A stretch of DNA of 64,000 nucleotides from Asterias rubens (Eukaryota): NCBI RefSeq assembly GCF_902459465.1, contig NW_022985734.1, positions 1-64,000 on the forward strand. Direction: 5' to 3'. Made by a program: the position numbers and the translations under genes. The notes beneath the pieces are model-generated. The model worked only from the letters and a program-made list of their open reading frames with translations. It was not told where the DNA came from and ran no database searches. Of this stretch, positions 60,198-64,000 are shown in pieces (the first letter of the stretch is position 1; every line of letters starts with the position of its first letter).

Positions 60198-60439
60198 ATA
60201 ATTGAAATCGCCAGCAAGCTTGGACCCGCTTTACAGGTCGGCGAGAGCCTCGTGTGGAACAAGAAAACGACCACCAAACACCACCAGCTGAGGTTACCGC
60301 TATCCCGCCGGTACCACTGACTGCCAAAGAGACGCAAGAAGCCCTCAGCAATGCCCCAGCGCCACCGACCCTTGACCCTGCAGAGTTGGACAGGAATAGT
60401 CATCACAAGAGTGAACGAGTTGCGTTGCCCGCCGAATGA
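60198..60439 (+). pseudogene. Mirror copy of the orphan terminal exon, with a 1-nt deletion
   Basis: AAACACCACC here versus AAACAACCACC in the 57990-58232 copy. Confidence 0.6.
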
Positions 60440-63330
60440 AGTCGCCTTCGTGGTTGGATTATTTCAATATTGCACCTATTATTTATAGAAGTTGGAGGGT
60501 ACGGTACAGTGGCATACCATTACTTTAAAGTTTATTGATTTGATCAAAGTCACCATAAATAGTTCTCCATGATCCACCCTTTTGTATGTTATCAAAACTG
60601 ACAATAGTGTATGTTCAACCAGCCACTCGAGAATAGTGCATTGATTTAATATCATCCACTGTGGTTTGAATGATAGAGATTATGCCAGCCTGCAATATGA
60701 TGTATAGTTGAATGTAACTACACAGCACACAGTCAACCCTCCGACTGTCTGACCATTCAATATCATGCACTGTGGTTATGAATGATAATATATGCACTAT
60801 GTTGACCTGCAATATGATATCATGTGGTGAATGTTGCTACAGGGTCAACCCTCCTACTGTTTGACCAGTCATAATCCATTGTGGTTGTGAATGATAGATG
60901 GGCTATGCCATACTGCAATAATATTATGTGGTGAATGGGTACACTCGACAGTCAACCCTCCTACTGTCTGACTCTTTAATATTGCCCGTGGGGTTTGAAT
61001 GATAGATGCACTTTGCCAGCTGGCAATATGATGTCATGTGGTGAATGCATCTTCACAGTACACAGTCAACCCTCCTACTGTCAGACCAGTCAATCTAATC
61101 TACTATGGTTTTAAATGACAATAATATGATGCCAGTCTGCAATGATATGGCGAGTGCATGCACACACTACATAAGTGTACAGTTACTCATCCACACAGAT
61201 GTGCCATCAATCATAAGCACCTCATGCAGTGGAATGGTTTCAAGCTTAAGGTTTCAAATGGTTGGTCAACTTGATCAAAAAATTAGCAAGAGCTGGAGGG
61301 TTTATTAGCACTAAGGCTTTTGAACTTCATTAAAGATGCCATGTCAGCCGCTTTAATGAAAAAAAGTTTAACTTTTACTTTTAATGGTCAAGAACCAAGA
61401 CAAAAATTTAAAGCGTTTCTTATAAAACACATAAGAATTGGTCACGTGATATATTGTCGGGTATATTGTCGGGATCCCGACAAAAACTAATTTTGAGCAA
61501 TTTATTTCACTGCTACTAATACTTGGCGGACTTTTTTGAGCAATGGCTCAAATGAAAGCTTGTAACTTTCTCGACCCCCATCAAAATACCAATTGAATTT
61601 TAAATCAAAATTTTTGGGTCAAATCGGCCAAAAATCTGACATAGCATCTGTAAGGCGTTTTAAAACATTGACAATGGTAGGGCAAGGCCTTTTTCATTTT
61701 GCAAGACATTTGTATTGAAAAATCTTGAGGTCAATGAGAAAGTGGGGGGGGGGGGGGACAAGTCCGATGACCAGAGACAACAGAGTGAAGATTATTTTCA
61801 GAGTTGTGTTTTTAAAACAGATACAGTACATGTAAATTCTATTGTACATTGTCATGTGTATATATTATGCAAATAAATTTTAACACTCGTTCACAAGTTG
61901 TTTGGTTTACAACAATTTCCATTTATTATTGATACATAATTTGTCGTTACCCTTACACTGATGTCTATTAAGCACCAGATTACTCAGTACTTTCCAGATT
62001 TCTGCGAAAAACAAATCTGCAGGCAAAATCACTCGGGTGGGAGTTTGATGTGTTGATACAACACAGAAGAAAATGAAGTCCAAGAAATTACCCGTTTGTC
62101 TTCGTAGAAGATTACAATAATAAGACACATTGTTTGTCTCACCATTTGCACAAAAAGTGGTCTAGTCAAGACAGCATATTGGATTTGAGGCATTGCATGG
62201 TAAGGAATCATATTTGGTTTGCGGTAACACCATGTGTGTGTTTACTTGCCAGGTAAAGTTGTCCTTTAGAGAACCGTCTTACTACATATTCTACTACCAC
62301 AGAGTAGATTTTCAGATTGATCAGGAGACTTCTCAGTTTGAAAAGAACTGTCATGCTTTTCAACAACGACCCGGGCGGAAGGTAGAAATAGCGTATAGTT
62401 GATCGTTATGAACTTCACTATCAATGTTTCGACTATTAAGTCAAGGACAGCTTTGCCCAAGCCTAACAAAACGATGCTTACCAGAATTAGGTCACCACTA
62501 AAACACATTTTTACAAGTAGAAATGTGACTGGTTTCCTGCTTAGTAGAAAAATGTTTGGCTTTGTTTAGATGATCTTCCCATCAAGGGAACTCAAACTCT
62601 GATTGAAAAAAAACATCAAGCTGGCGACAGCCAAACTCTCTCATACAAACATTGGTTCAACGTCTATGATGATTACAAGTTGCACAAATGAAGAAATAGT
62701 GATTCAGTATTAAGACGACAATACTTATTGAACTCATTGTGAAATCAGCGATTAGCTTGGTAGGATTTGGACCCCCAACCTTCTGATTGCTAGCCGTGCC
62801 GTCTAACCACTGAACCACGATTACCTTTTGAGTAGCTCCAGGACACTACCTCCAGAATAGTGGGGGAGTTGGTTTATTGTGTTATCACAAGGGTGACCCG
62901 AGGGAGGTTTAAAGGCACTGGACATTTGGTAATTGTCAACGACAAGTATTCATACTTGGTGTATCCCAACACCTAATGCATCAAATAACAGATCTGTGAA
63001 AACTTTCATTCAATAGACAGATCCATTAAGCTCCGCCCCAATGCGTATTGACCAATCACAACGCAACGAAGGTCCGACATTAAGGTCAGACATGGGTGCG
63101 CGTATGCAGGGCGCGCGCGGCAGAGTTGTGCAGAAAGGCATTGGAGAGCCATGCGTGTTCTTGCTCTCCATTGCTCCTTACCAAGTTAGTGCATTATGAA
63201 GGGGTTAAGGAAAAGTCTCCCAGTAACAAAATGTACACGCAATATTTATAAAAAAATACAAGTTTACTTGATCGAAAAATATACACCAGTACTTGAAGGG
63301 AAATAGTTGATGATTTCAAAAAAAAATTCA

Positions 63331-63438
63331 TCATTTCTGTTTTTGGCTTTCTCTTTCCTTGAAGCATCTCATGACGATCCCGTTGAAATTTGCCACAAAG
63401 AAAAACGAGATCAACTTCAAAATGCTCATCAGGAAAAC
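63331..63438 (-). pseudogene. KDSR: Mirror copy of KDSR exon 10
   Basis: Reverse complement of 54977-55084 ([35 protein letters not shown]). Confidence 0.85.
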
Positions 63439-64000
63439 CTAGCAAAAAAAAGTTGAGAGGAGAAACAAAATAAATGCAATAAATAAAACAAAATTGAACA
63501 GCTGCAAATAAGGACAAACAAAACGATAGTTTTTAAGAAGAATCCAACAATAAAACAATCCCTCAGCAAAGTACTGAGGAACACGGCTTGGCGGGCAGAC
63601 ACATGTAGGAAACAACCTCCAGTGAGGGTGGTACACAAAAACGATTAGAAGCAAAACAAATAACCCTGGCAGGGAAAGCCAACAGTAACAGAAGGTCACT
63701 TTCAAAGTGGCTGACCATTTGGTTCTAAAACCACAAAAAAAGACCAAACAAAAAATCTACCCCTTGAGGGATATGCATTTCCCACAAAAAAAAGCGGGCA
63801 ACTCGGAAAGAAAACAAATCAACCAGCTCATTTTTTTCTTAACGCCGAATTTCCTTGGACCATAAATAAGGGAATCAATGTGTGGTGAAGAGGTTTTCAA
63901 CTAGTGGTTTAATCCCAACGAGGCCTGGTTCTTGATAATTTTACCGAGACAAAGTTTCAGGTAAATTATCTAAGAACCAGGCCTCGGTTGCTCAGTTTTC

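Larger units (their letters stand above)
59466..64000 (-). repeat. Right arm of the inverted duplication (continues beyond the window end)
   Basis: Mirror of 54417-58965. Confidence 0.95.

Overview
AT-rich, intron-rich animal DNA. Gene content and repeat style suggest a marine invertebrate, probably an echinoderm such as a sea star (inference). There are two 500-N gaps. Host genes reconstructed by hand from splice sites: an avidin-family gene with no signal peptide (+, several single-base frameshifts), a CUB-LDLa single-pass membrane protein (-), coactosin-like exons 2-4 (+), mitochondrial peptide deformylase PDF (-, 3 coding exons, 263 aa), KDSR (+, 10 exons, 334 aa, head-to-head with PDF) and one orphan terminal exon. 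The main finding is an AcademX-type DNA transposon of about 10 kb. Its ~2000-aa protein has N-terminal Cys clusters, a DDE core, an XPG/FEN1-like nuclease and a Cys8 finger. An OTU protease domain with intact catalytic motifs is inserted inside the DDE core, and a separate SGNH/GDSL hydrolase gene lies upstream within the element. The element appears as two near-identical inverted pieces (1-3418 and 13311-22085). These can be rebuilt into one insertion in intron 1 of the coactosin-like gene if 2165-13310 is flipped, which implies either a mis-oriented contig or a real inversion. Other features: a fold-back element built from a 22+31-bp GTCGAC repeat, a related 53-bp hairpin array with compensatory changes, a GGGGAGTGCCC array beside a DIRS-like remnant, many MITEs and SINEs, and a >4.5-kb mirror duplication centred on an N gap (probably an assembly artefact). 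All domain calls come from motif recognition by eye; no searches were run.
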